DNA from: Trichoplax sp. H2
Taxonomy: Eukaryota
Length of the DNA stretch: 64,000 nucleotides
Direction: 5' to 3'
Assembly: GCA_003344405.1 (NCBI GenBank)
Contig: NOWV01000016.1
Coordinates: forward strand, 558,001 to 622,000
The position numbers were made by a program, and so were the translations under genes. Shown in pieces: positions 1 through 12,100 of the stretch; the stretch's first letter is position 1, and every line of letters starts with the position of its first letter. The notes below the pieces were generated by a model. The model did no database searches. It saw nothing but the letters and a program-made list of their open reading frames with translations, and was not told the origin of the DNA.

Positions 1-175
1 CTAAACACATCTCTAGTGCTACGTTATCGTAACATGATAATTCGTATGTATAGGTAGGTGTTACGAAGCCTCTGAGTCATTTCATGTAAGACGATTCTAT
101 CAACCATGCTCTACCAATGTAGGCTAGATTATATTCCATTATTAAGATCGATCCTTCGATGACTATTCTACCTAC

Positions 176-3100
176 TTTCTATAAAATATCATTTAATAAA
201 AAATCAGTAACAATTAGTACTATCAAAACTAATAAAACAATAACTTTAAACGAGATTAGGGTGAAGTTCTAGTACCTGTATATAATAACTATCGAGGACT
301 TCTAAAAGTCCTCTTGAACTTATATACAGTATGACATAGTACACACTGTGATATGTAAATGTACATAATATGCAATGATGAAAACTGCCTAAATATCAAT
401 TTTTTACTTTAATGAACAAAAGCTTCAATAATCTACCACTGATAACGTATATTCTGTCAACGTCAATATAAGCTTACTTCCTAAAGAATTGCGTCCAATG
501 CCACCACGATTGCAATATTGCAATATTACGAAAATAAGAGCTCAAGATCAGTATACATTACTTAGGCCATAACATTGAAAATTGTAAATACAACAAATTT
601 ACTATTACGAACTTTGTACAACAATACAATCAAAGTGATTTTGTAGCTACAGAAGCTTCATTTTATATTGATTTGCCTTAATTATGTTAATTAAAAAAGA
701 CATAATGAATCTGAAGTATCTATTACACAAGATTACAGCATAGCTAGTCAGATATAGATTGACTGCTAATATCCTTTCAACCAGTCATCAAACTATAGTT
801 TTTGGCTATATAAATTATATAATATTTCGAAAGAATAACAGTAAATCATATAGTAATTAATTACTTACTTCCTAGAATTTCCAAAGGTGACGTTATTTAT
901 TAAAAGGGAATAAAAAAAGCATTCTGTTAGCTTGTATAGCAGTTAACGGATAAATCTTAAATAAGAATAGAATTACATATAATTTTGCAATCCTATCTAG
1001 ATTAAGTTTGCTTATTACAGTATGCTATGCATCATAAAACAATAAAAATAAATCATAAATTACAATATTTTACAAAAGAGGTATTAGACGTCTATTATAC
1101 AGTATTTAATCGTACAAGTACATTACAAGGTATCGCAGGAAGAAGTATAGAGGTTAATCAAATTGATGTTACGTATCCCATTGCAGATCTATTCTTTGTG
1201 AATTACTGCATTTCATCACATATCATATCCCATATCCGCATATTTATTCATAAATACACTATGCATACAGTATATCGTATTCACTTTCATAGATAAAATC
1301 TACTTACTTGCTGTTATGATTGCCCAAATTTAAAGGTAAGTAAACGGTTGATGTATAATTTATTGCAGAGACAGACACACAAAATAAAGTTAGGAATGTC
1401 AGTACAATACTTTTACATTAAATTATACCACATCCGTGAAAATCTTTGCCCAAAAAAATCAAATTTAGAATTCATTATAACTTACTCGCTAAATTTTCAT
1501 ATTCCATTAGTGATCAGAATTTCATAAAGGTAAAGGAAAGATAATAAAATCTTATCGTCAATATCAGTATTTATCAGCGATTGTACCACATAGTTTCAAG
1601 CGATTAACATAACACTATATTAACGATGATATCCACTTCAGGCGTTCAACTAGGCAACATATTACTTTCTACCAATGCAATAATACTACGGTAGATCCTT
1701 TATGACGTACTATTATTAAATATACAGTATAATATTGACTTAATAACAAATTTCAACAAGAAGATTCGTTAATCATTCGTGATATTAAATAATATCCAGA
1801 ATCACTTTATGTGCCCAGTGAAGTATTATCGCTCCACTTACAATATCGTATAAAGATTGTGACTGCAAGTCTAACCTAGTGATACTTAAACTTAAACATG
1901 TCGTTTAATGCTATGTATAAACTAAAGAGAAGTATGCTATAGATAGTCATCGTAGAGATGTAACGCAAAGCATTCACATGATCAACGATAGTACTTACGC
2001 ACTATTTCCCACAATCCAATGTTTCAATTTGCGAAATAAAAGTAAAACAGAAATTAGTTAAAAATTATATTAATTACTCAAGAACCTGTAACACTTTGAA
2101 GCTAATTAATTTAATTATAAGTCCTTCCTTTAGCACAAATACTGTAAACTTTCTATAATTATAATGTACTGTACTATATCCTGACCAAACTAATATAAAT
2201 GTACGTACATGCAATTTTTTAATGCTATATTAAATTATAGACTACTTGATATTAAGGCGTTGGACAATACTGATTGTTATGAAGGTAAAGCTTCGGCCTA
2301 GATCTTATGTACGTAATACTAGAATTTTTGCAGTAATATCTAGTTAATCAAGCAACTCGACGTGCCATCTTTGTAAGCCTAGACATGGCTAATCACTCTA
2401 CAATGGGTATATACTGGATGAAAATGACTACCTACAAGTAATGCCTTTTTAAAATATACTGTATTAAGAAGGGAGTTAAAATTAGCAGCACTAGGGTAAC
2501 TTTTTCCTATTGATATCTGCCTTATAAAGTTCAAAATAGCTATTAATAAGTCTATGTACTTACTTCCTGCATAGTTTGCATCAATAGGCGAGCATGACCG
2601 GTTACCAAAGAGGTAATATAAGGATTTACAATTAGATTTATAAATCTTAAGATCAATTAATCTAAGTACTCAACGTAAAATATCTGAACGCAATGTAACT
2701 AAATTTTAAATCTTGAAATAATATAATTTCTTAAAGCTAGTAGAGCAAATTTAAGTAACGGAAATGCACTGTAAACATTAAAATGAAACTAAACCCTCCT
2801 AAAAGAATATAGTACGGTATTAATTGTAAGCTAGTATTCATCGCGTTTTCTGCAGGTATTTATAATTTCATGTTTCGGAAAGCTTCATGTATGTATTTAC
2901 AGTATATTATAAATAAAAAAATTGTCTCATACTATTTTCGTATTTTTAACAGTTTTTTGACAAAAATTTGAAAATTTAGAATGCAATATAAAGATTTAGC
3001 AATACTAAACTTACGGTCTAAATTTTTTATTACGTATCCGAAGCCATTACAGTTGGGCGTCATTATAACGAAATATAATTAAAAGATAGAATTGATCAGT

Positions 3101-6100
3101 TTAAGTAGCATCGTCTCAAATAAATAGCCTTTTATTGAGCTAATGTCGAAGAATCTAGCGCTAGCTATGCCATATACAGCAAAAGGAAATTTCTATTGTC
3201 CTTTATAAACTAATGCTGTAATAAAAACATATTTATTTCCTTTCGTAATAAGTGATATTACTAAGCTGATTTTAAAGGCATTATGCCTACTTAATGAAAA
3301 TCTCTTATAATCCTCTAAATACGAGAAATGTATTTCTATTATGAGTCACTGGTAATTTGAAAGCTTCAGCAGCTTTTCACATTTAATCTCTATTATTAAA
3401 ATAATAATTTTAATAATCGTAGATCTAGTTTCTTTCGATTATAATTTGTGGGTTTTATATAATCATATAAAATTAATACAGTTCTGATTTTCTTCTATAT
3501 TCACAGGGAAGTGAGACATGTTTTGGGCACTATATAATTAACATTCGAACTTACTTGCTATAGGATTTCAATTTCATTGATATTAATCCGAAATAAAAGA
3601 GATGCCGAAGAGTAAAGTATACGAACAAAAATAACAAAAATTGATTAGAAAAATTTTAAATTTAAAAAGCACCAACGGAATATTATGTTCAGTATGTATA
3701 GTTGTTAGAAAGAAATGATAATTTCGATAATTATAGGCCTTTTTTGTATCTAATTTATGCTAAATGCATGATGCTTTTCAATTAATTGCGGTCAAAAAGA
3801 GAAATCTCCGAGAAGCATTAAACTTTCAGAGAGTTATAAAATATCAGATTAACTATAGCTGAAGAACGATATAGTACAACTAAAATTATATCAGAGTCCT
3901 AACTTTTGAACATTACGACAGTGTAATTTACGATCAAGCAACTAAATATCCGAAATTATTAATATAATAAAATGCCTTATAGGATGCTATTCTACAACTT
4001 TTTTTTATGGGAATTTTCAAGATTTTTTTACGTGAAATAATTCATACGTTACTTACCGACTGTAAAATCATTTTCAATTTCATGATTAGCCATCAGATAT
4101 TACAGTATCATAAAAAATTCAAAGATATCCAAAACTATTAGAGCTAATTTATCAGCATACAAGCAATTTTGTTGCATTTAATGTAGATAAATCAAACTAT
4201 ATAACCATAATGGAAATAAAGATAAGGATAGTACTGTAATCAGTAGCAGAATAATACAAGATTCTAGCCACTATATTCAGTAATTGATACTTACCAGCTA
4301 ATAAATATATAATTGTTGAAGGCACCAAGGTTAAATGAAAGAAAACATTACGCAAGGAATGGTTAGAAACAACAATAGGAAAAATTCTCAGAATTATTTT
4401 AATGAATTATCAAATACAACAAAATATTAGTTTGCGATAGTGCTACTTACAGTCTATTGCAATCACGGTTGTACAACGCAGTATAGCATGTTGACGAAAA
4501 ATAGACAATTAAAAACTAATCTACTTAAATAGCTTCCAAAAACTTTCATATAGGCCGAATATTAAATTACTAAACATAATTAACTATTTTACTTAAATCT
4601 CTTTCTACACAATACAGTATACAACGATTTGGTAAAGCTTAGATTAAAAAATCATCAGTTAATTTAAACAAGATGTTTCTTTTATAATAATGATATTAAA
4701 TTGATACTAATTACTGACCTCCTAATTTATTGCCATATCCGATCATAAGACATACAAGTGAACAAATTAGAACAGAAATAAAAAACGAATAGGTAAATTT
4801 TATCCTGAAACAGACTATATTAAATGCTCATCTACCATTTATCGCCGATAAGTAACAGAATTGCATTTAGCAGGCTATATCTTAAATAATAATCTACGCT
4901 TAATATGATCATAAACATCATAATAAAAATGCCGACTATCAGTATGATCTCTACGAAAGCAGGGTAGAGCAATATAATAAAAAGAAATAAATACTAACCG
5001 GCTATAAAGATCACAGAACCGTCCGAGATTCCATAAAACGAGATGTGATGAAAAGATAGATGCACATTTTCATTAGCTTCTGAGACGTTTAAATTTTTTT
5101 AAATATCAACGCAGAAAGATCTCTATAGGTACTATATTCCTTTTAAAATGTCCCACTCAAACTGTTATCAGTACATGAAACTGGAAACTACTACACCTTT
5201 AACCTAAGAATATTTACTTAAAATTTGAAAGATGTCAATATCAATCTGAAATTTTATGAAGCTTAAGTATGCGCAGATAATAATACAACTACTATCAGAT
5301 AGAACATTTTTTTCCACATTTTAAATATTATCCGTAAAATAACGTAATATTTCAAGGTTGATTTAAAGACATGCGAGCAGTTTCATGACCACTAATTAAT
5401 ATAGTGTAATTTACCGAACTATTGAAGTTTGAATCGTTAATAACCATAATTAGTATATACTTAATTATAAAACTAATATTTTACGGCATATTCAGATTGC
5501 AACGTAATTCGGATATCATTAATACTGTACTTACAGGCTATTGGTTGCCAGTACAGATCCAGTAGGTAAGTAAAGGATGAGAACATAGATAAAAGTCAGT
5601 TTCAATATAAGTACCGCTGTATATCGAAAACAATTTTGCATGACATATAGAGTATTTACTAGGTATTTCAACAACTATCTAAAGTTATATTAAATTGATA
5701 CTATCATAAAAATTAATTGCTAATAATTCAAATTTCTTACCGTCGATGAGTCCTGGCACTAATACTGTTTGAGTTGATAGCAAAGATCATAATGGAATCC
5801 AAGTATTAAACAGATATAATACAACTCACATTATAAAGAACAGCCTTTAATAAATCGATCTTATTCAATCTCTCAATCGACTTACAGTATATCTATCCTA
5901 TATCGTCAATAAGTAAAATTGTAAATAATTAGTAATAAGCTGAAAGCGCATATCCTCTTTAGTATACTGGGGATTAAGATAATTAAAAATATCAAAAAGA
6001 TTTCAGTTTAACTTACAAATCATCGATACTATGTTATGAACCAGAAAATTGTGAAGCAAGATCCGTAAAAGTTAGTATTTTCAGATTGAACGTAAAATCT

Positions 6101-9100
6101 CTGTATAAATTCCTAGGCTTACCTATCATCGATCCTAAAATAGATACAAAAGTAGTTAAGAATTAGTTAAGAATTGGTACTACAAAATATAAAATTTACG
6201 GCTAAGTTGCCGTAAAAATCAACGGGTCATTGCCAACAGGTGGTAACTACCCGTATTGGTATTACTAAAGAAATGTAATGAAAATGCAACGATAGTGATT
6301 TTAAAGTATTTTAAAATTTTCCTCTGTGGTTGTAAACTTAGTACTTGTTAAATACTCCGTATACTTTAGTTTATATGTTAAGATTGTACTTACTGATACT
6401 ATCAAAAGTACCTTAAATGTATATGCGCAGTTTGTAGCATTATAGGTTTACAGCTTACAATAAATAGCGATTTTAGCTCACTAAGATGTGAGCATGAATC
6501 ATAAACTTGTAGTAAACTTATAAATCATCTATTAGGCTAATATTTTATTTGTATCCATACTTACGGCATGGAAATCCTGTTGTGTTTGGTCGTTAAAAGA
6601 ATACACGAAAGCCAGTATTCATATTAGAAATTTTGCGTAATATCACTCGTAAATATATAACATCAACAACGAATATTCCGACTTACGGTAAGTCCAATCT
6701 ACGAAATAGTTATTTAGGGTGTAGAGGGAAGATGTAATAATCATAAGTTCGTTTCTAGTCATTGAAATCTATCAGGCCGTACAATATCGCATTAACTTAC
6801 GGAACTTCAACCCTAGTAACGATAACAGAAAGCGTACAATTATTTATTGTTGAAATGACCGTTATGTAATTGCAAAATTATTGCTTATACCAATCTGGTA
6901 CTATTTTAGCAATTACATACTTAAGGTAAAACGATTTAATGAATGTAACAAATAGTTTTACAGCTAAATATGCGATAATTATAAAATACAAATATTAGAC
7001 ATCCCTGAGCTGCTTAACTTATGAAAATGACTATGATAAATTATAAATATTTAGACATGAATTTAAATCTTAATGTGAAGTATTTCAATTCTGTGATGAC
7101 AACGTTATAGAAAGGTGCAATTATTTGGTATTCAGCCACAAATTATAATTTTTATAATAAAGCGCGATAAATTAACTACCACGTATTTTATATTAAAATA
7201 TTTCGTATACTAACGGTGCTTCGTCAATAAACATCTCGCTGATGTTTTCAGGAATCCAAAATAATCAGAAAGATATATAAGCCATTACATAAACTGAGAC
7301 CAGTAATCGCGGTATTAAGTTAATTTTCAACTTACGATAATTCCACTCTGCGAGATATTAATAATGAAGAACTAATTATTTGCAAACATAGCAGCTCGAT
7401 TCGTACTGAAAGTCATTGGAATGTTATTTCTTAACTTACGGTGCTCCGATCCTAATGACAATGTTAGAAATTTAGAGTTAATTTGTATATAGAAATAACC
7501 ATATAGCAGAGCAATCTTAAAAATATATCAATTCTATTACCACAGTATCTACATTTACAGGCTATATATAAGCTATAATAACGTGTAGAATATAAGATTT
7601 GGAATAACTTACGATGCTTGCAAACTAAACGCAGAGCAATTAGTACCACAAATTGCAGAAATAAGATGACATAATTTTCATTAGTAATCAAGTAGCTTTA
7701 ATTTCTTAGGTTTACTTTCAAATAATTGGCTTACTAGGCTGCGATCCTATCAGCAAAAACAACAAATAAATAATTACATTTGAAGAACTTGCAAATTTAC
7801 CTTACTTTAATTACTAACAAAGTCAAGTAGTTACTATTCCTTATTAAAAACTTACGCTTCATCCATCCTAATAGGTTAGACCAAAAAACGGAACCATTTT
7901 AAAAATGACACATACCATTAGTGAATACGATTATCTATTTCCTAGCTGTTATTGTCTTCTATTATTCCAAAAATACCAAGCACTACTTACGTTGTATTAA
8001 CCCTACCAGTACAACGTCGAAAAAATTCAATTACAACTTAGAACTACTCCGATCTTAGCAATATGCAATGAAGATAAAACAAATTTAAATCTTACGTCTC
8101 TTTCTCTCTGGAGTTCAATTAATAAGAATGGAAGAAATTGAAAAGTATTACCAATAAATTTTGTAAATGGAAACCCATTGATAAGGGGGCTACAGGTATA
8201 CGTAGATTCTATCTTAACTTACGTATTATTAACCCTAAATAAGCAATCAATTTAGAAGTCAATTTTTTTTGACTTGAGATCATAGAAGGCTTACAGCAGT
8301 TAGCAAACAGTTTAAACCTATAGCAGTTCAACTTACGGTGCTGTCGCTCTAAAATTGGGCGATTAAAGGAGCAAAAATAAGATTTAAAATAATGTTGAAG
8401 ATGTTACTAATCATTGCTTGCAAATAAGAGGAAGTCGGTCTATATTAATCATTAACTCACGGATCTTCAATCCTAAATATAATAACGATTTCCATTAATA
8501 AATTAAAAAATATCTTAATAAATCCTAAGATAGCTACGAATTGATAACATACCAGCTCAATGCAATAATAATAACTAAAATGTAAATCTCTTTGTAAAAT
8601 ATTCATTCTACGTTATTGATATCACTGTAGTCAGTCCATAAATGATTACAGAGCACTGTTGTATTCTCGTCTGTCTAGTGTCATACTGATATGTGGAAAA
8701 AATCTAGTAAGCACGAGACAAGATCACAAAAGTGAAAACTTACATGGTGCTGAGAAATTAGTATCCACGATGAATAGTATTCCAATTAGTGATAAGAATT
8801 AAAGGATAGCAGGTAGTATTAAAGCAGAGAAGACATAAATTAACTTCTAGGACAATTTAAGGTTATAATTTGGAATATATCCAACTGCAAATAGTTGTAG
8901 ATAAAGCGATCAAATTTGCTAACTAGAAATAATGACAAGCTAGTTTTTGCCTAGCCATGTAGTAACACTATTGTAATAATAATTGTAATAATAATCGATC
9001 TTAACATAAATAAAATTATGCAAGTAGTAATACCGTAATAGCTACGTTTAAGGAATTCCACATCATACTATTGCAACATAACTGAAGCAAAGCTAACAAG

Positions 9101-12100
9101 ACAGAAATACTATCTGAGAAATAGCAACTTACGAAGTTCCATTCCTTCATATTTTATTGTTTCGGGCATGAAGTCAAGAAATTGAGAATTAAATTAGTGA
9201 TCAAATTTCATTTTTACTACTACTGCATTTTCTAAAATAAAGCCACTATTTGCTATTAGATAGATCTTAGGGTCAGCTTAAACTGACATTTGAAATATAT
9301 CAAATATTTATTTAATTTGTAACCAATACGTTTAAATCTACTATTAGGTTTCTCCAGCCCAGCACTAATTGCAGCAGTTATTATAATTAAAAATTAGCTC
9401 ATAATAAAAGCCCTATCTAACAACTATTTCAGAACCGTCATTTCAAGTTTACAACCACAAATTGCCTAGCTAATTGCAATCATTATAGGTGCGAGAAAGC
9501 AAAAGCTATTTTATTCATAATTTAAAATTATAAATAATTAGAAATCTGCTACAGTATACAGCTTCATCAAACCTAGTGCTAAGAACTGATTCCAATATTG
9601 CATATCATCGTAAAGCAAAAGCTAATTATTTTTTATGTATGTTTCAAAATTGGTCACTTAAGATAATGGGTACAGCAGCATAGCTTTGACTTTTGAATTT
9701 TATGTCTATCAAAGTATCGCTTGTAACAAGAATACTAACTTTGATGTCTCCACTTCAAAGAAATGATGACTTCAAGGAAGAGACGCCAGCGGGAATGCAT
9801 CCAATTGTAGTATTGTGAAGGAATGAATTAATAACCAGAGTAATTTTGGCATATTTATAAAGATAATTATAATTGAAAGCAAATAATCTTTAAGATGAAC
9901 TAACGCTAATCAGAAAATAAAGGCAATAACAGGAAATAGACTAAGTTGTACTTGTTTAAATACACTTAATTGGAATCAGACTACTATACTCGTATGTGCA
10001 ATAATATTGAGAATTTGTCTTAACTTACGTCTTTTTCGTTCTAAAAATAAAAAATCAAAGAAATACGAGTACAATTAGTCTCAGTGATTAGAGGAAAATA
10101 TTTTTAGTACTTTTCCTCGAAATATTATAATTTCACTACATGAAAGCTTAGCAGCAGGTCAAAAATATTAGTAGTAGCAAGTCGGCATTAAAATTAGTTG
10201 TATACGCGGGACGGAGTAAGAAATAGTCTTGCTATTACGTCGACGGCATACGCGAATCGTAAAATTACATAAAGTAATTTTATCGTCGTGTGTCCTATCA
10301 TAAACTTTTAGAACTACATCGTTCTAGAGGGCCTTGGTCCTGATCATTTGCGTGGACAGTATTGTATACGTTATTACTGTATTTTATACTGCGATTTACC
10401 AATAATTATATAAGTACTGGTGATACTACTTCCCTTAATTAAGAAGGAGTTAGTATTATTAATACGCGGTTTTAAACTACGGATAATATTGGAATCATTC
10501 TACTAGACGATGGTAGGAACTAAACAGGAATAATCAGAGTTTTTTCTACTATACAGTCTACAATAAAGGATAAGATTAGTCCTTGAAATCCGATGGCTAT
10601 GGACGATCACTTACGTTGCATTTGCCCTAAAAAAGAAGCAAAAAAGATGATGTATTTTACTTTTACATCTTACCAATAGCACTATCACATTTTCAAGACG
10701 CTCAATCTTCATTCGATAATCAGCAGTAGTTTTTACTATTCAATTTTGAAAGTTTACTTTGTTGTAAGCTAACATTTAGTTTTAACTATAGCCATGAATA
10801 ACTTACGTATCTTCAATTCTATGCACCCATGTTACAGTACATTTTTGGAAGAAATGAAAAAAGTATTAGTAGTCCAGAATAATCACGGATAACTTCTAGT
10901 GAAGCAAATAGAATCATTGGACAGCTTACTCATCCAATTCGGAGCTAAATCAAAGAAAGAAAAGCAATTTTAATGATCATGATAGTGTTCCGCCATTACC
11001 CTCTTTGAGAAGATTTCTGCTGATTAATATCATATACGCTATTAACGCTATTAAATTACTGACTTACTCTGCGTCAATGTCGAGCCAATGACTACAAAAA
11101 GTGGCAAAGAAAGATAGACAAGTTATTCATTTTGAACATATAGACGAATGACCATAGATAAATTTTTGAAAGTTATTGCTATACAATATTGCTTATAAAT
11201 TCTACAATGAATTCATTTCAGCTTGAGTTCTAGTAAATAACGTGTAGACTGCATTTCAAAGACAGTTTTTGAAGGCCTACTGTGTAATATAGCATGAACT
11301 TGTCAATTTCAAAGAGTAAAATGAAATATGCAAAATATCAGTTATGAATATTTGCTTGTCGAGTGATTATCTTACATGAAGTATAATGTTTAGTCAAGGA
11401 TATTGAGCAAGATAGCAATGCGAATGACCATAGATAAATTTTTGAAAGTTATTGCTATACAATATTACTTATAAATTCTACAATGAATTCATTTCAGCTT
11501 GAGTTCTAGTGAATAACGTGTAGACTGCATTTCAAAGACAGTTTTTGAAGGCCTACTGTGTAATATAGCATGAGCACGTCAATTTCAAAGAGTAAAATGA
11601 AATATGCAAAATATCAGTTATGAATATTTGCTTGTCGAGTGATTATCTTACATGAAGTATAATGTAGCCAAGGATATTGAGCAAGATAGCAATACGGTAC
11701 GGAATTATTCATTAATTATTTAATTAGTGAATTTTTCGCCATATTGAATTGCCGCTAGAACTGACAGAGGTCAATTGGCTTTCAATTGGCTTGCTTATGT
11801 ATGGTACTGTACAAAGTAAACTGTTCGTGAGTAGTGAGCACGTGTTAACTAGACTTGACCCACGGAATAGACGTGTGGTAGCGAAGTGTCATGCACGAGT
11901 CACGACATCATTGGATTGACTTCTAAGACCGTAATTGTTTCAAAGCAAGTGGTGTCAACGTGTCAACTCTGTCACTCAAGGCATGACGCGACGAGAAAAA
12001 ACGCGGGATCATACCGGAATTGACAATCCACAGGGAAGAATAGTATAGAAACTATAGAAATTACAAAGTAGAAAAGCGAAATTCCATACAAACGTATTTG

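Noticed and set aside
1842-1862. GTAAGT donor with a possible 21-nt exon (HNLYTI in frame) inside the 3-nt array
   Set aside because: In frame, but the acceptor context is weak and the size does not fit the local pattern; unresolved.
6394-6398. TAG-TATCA-GTAAGT, a 5-nt candidate micro-exon
   Set aside because: Not a multiple of 3, and I found no compensating exon; the longer 18-nt alternative contains an in-frame TGA. Left out of the model, though it could be a degenerate or poison exon.
7336-8472. CRISPR-like regular spacing of short motifs
   Set aside because: Eukaryotic context; the recurring elements are splice signals around variable 12-mers, not identical direct repeats.
9740-9752. 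13-nt candidate exon (AAG-TGGAGACATCAAA-GTTAGT)
   Set aside because: It breaks the frame, so it was not included without transcript evidence.
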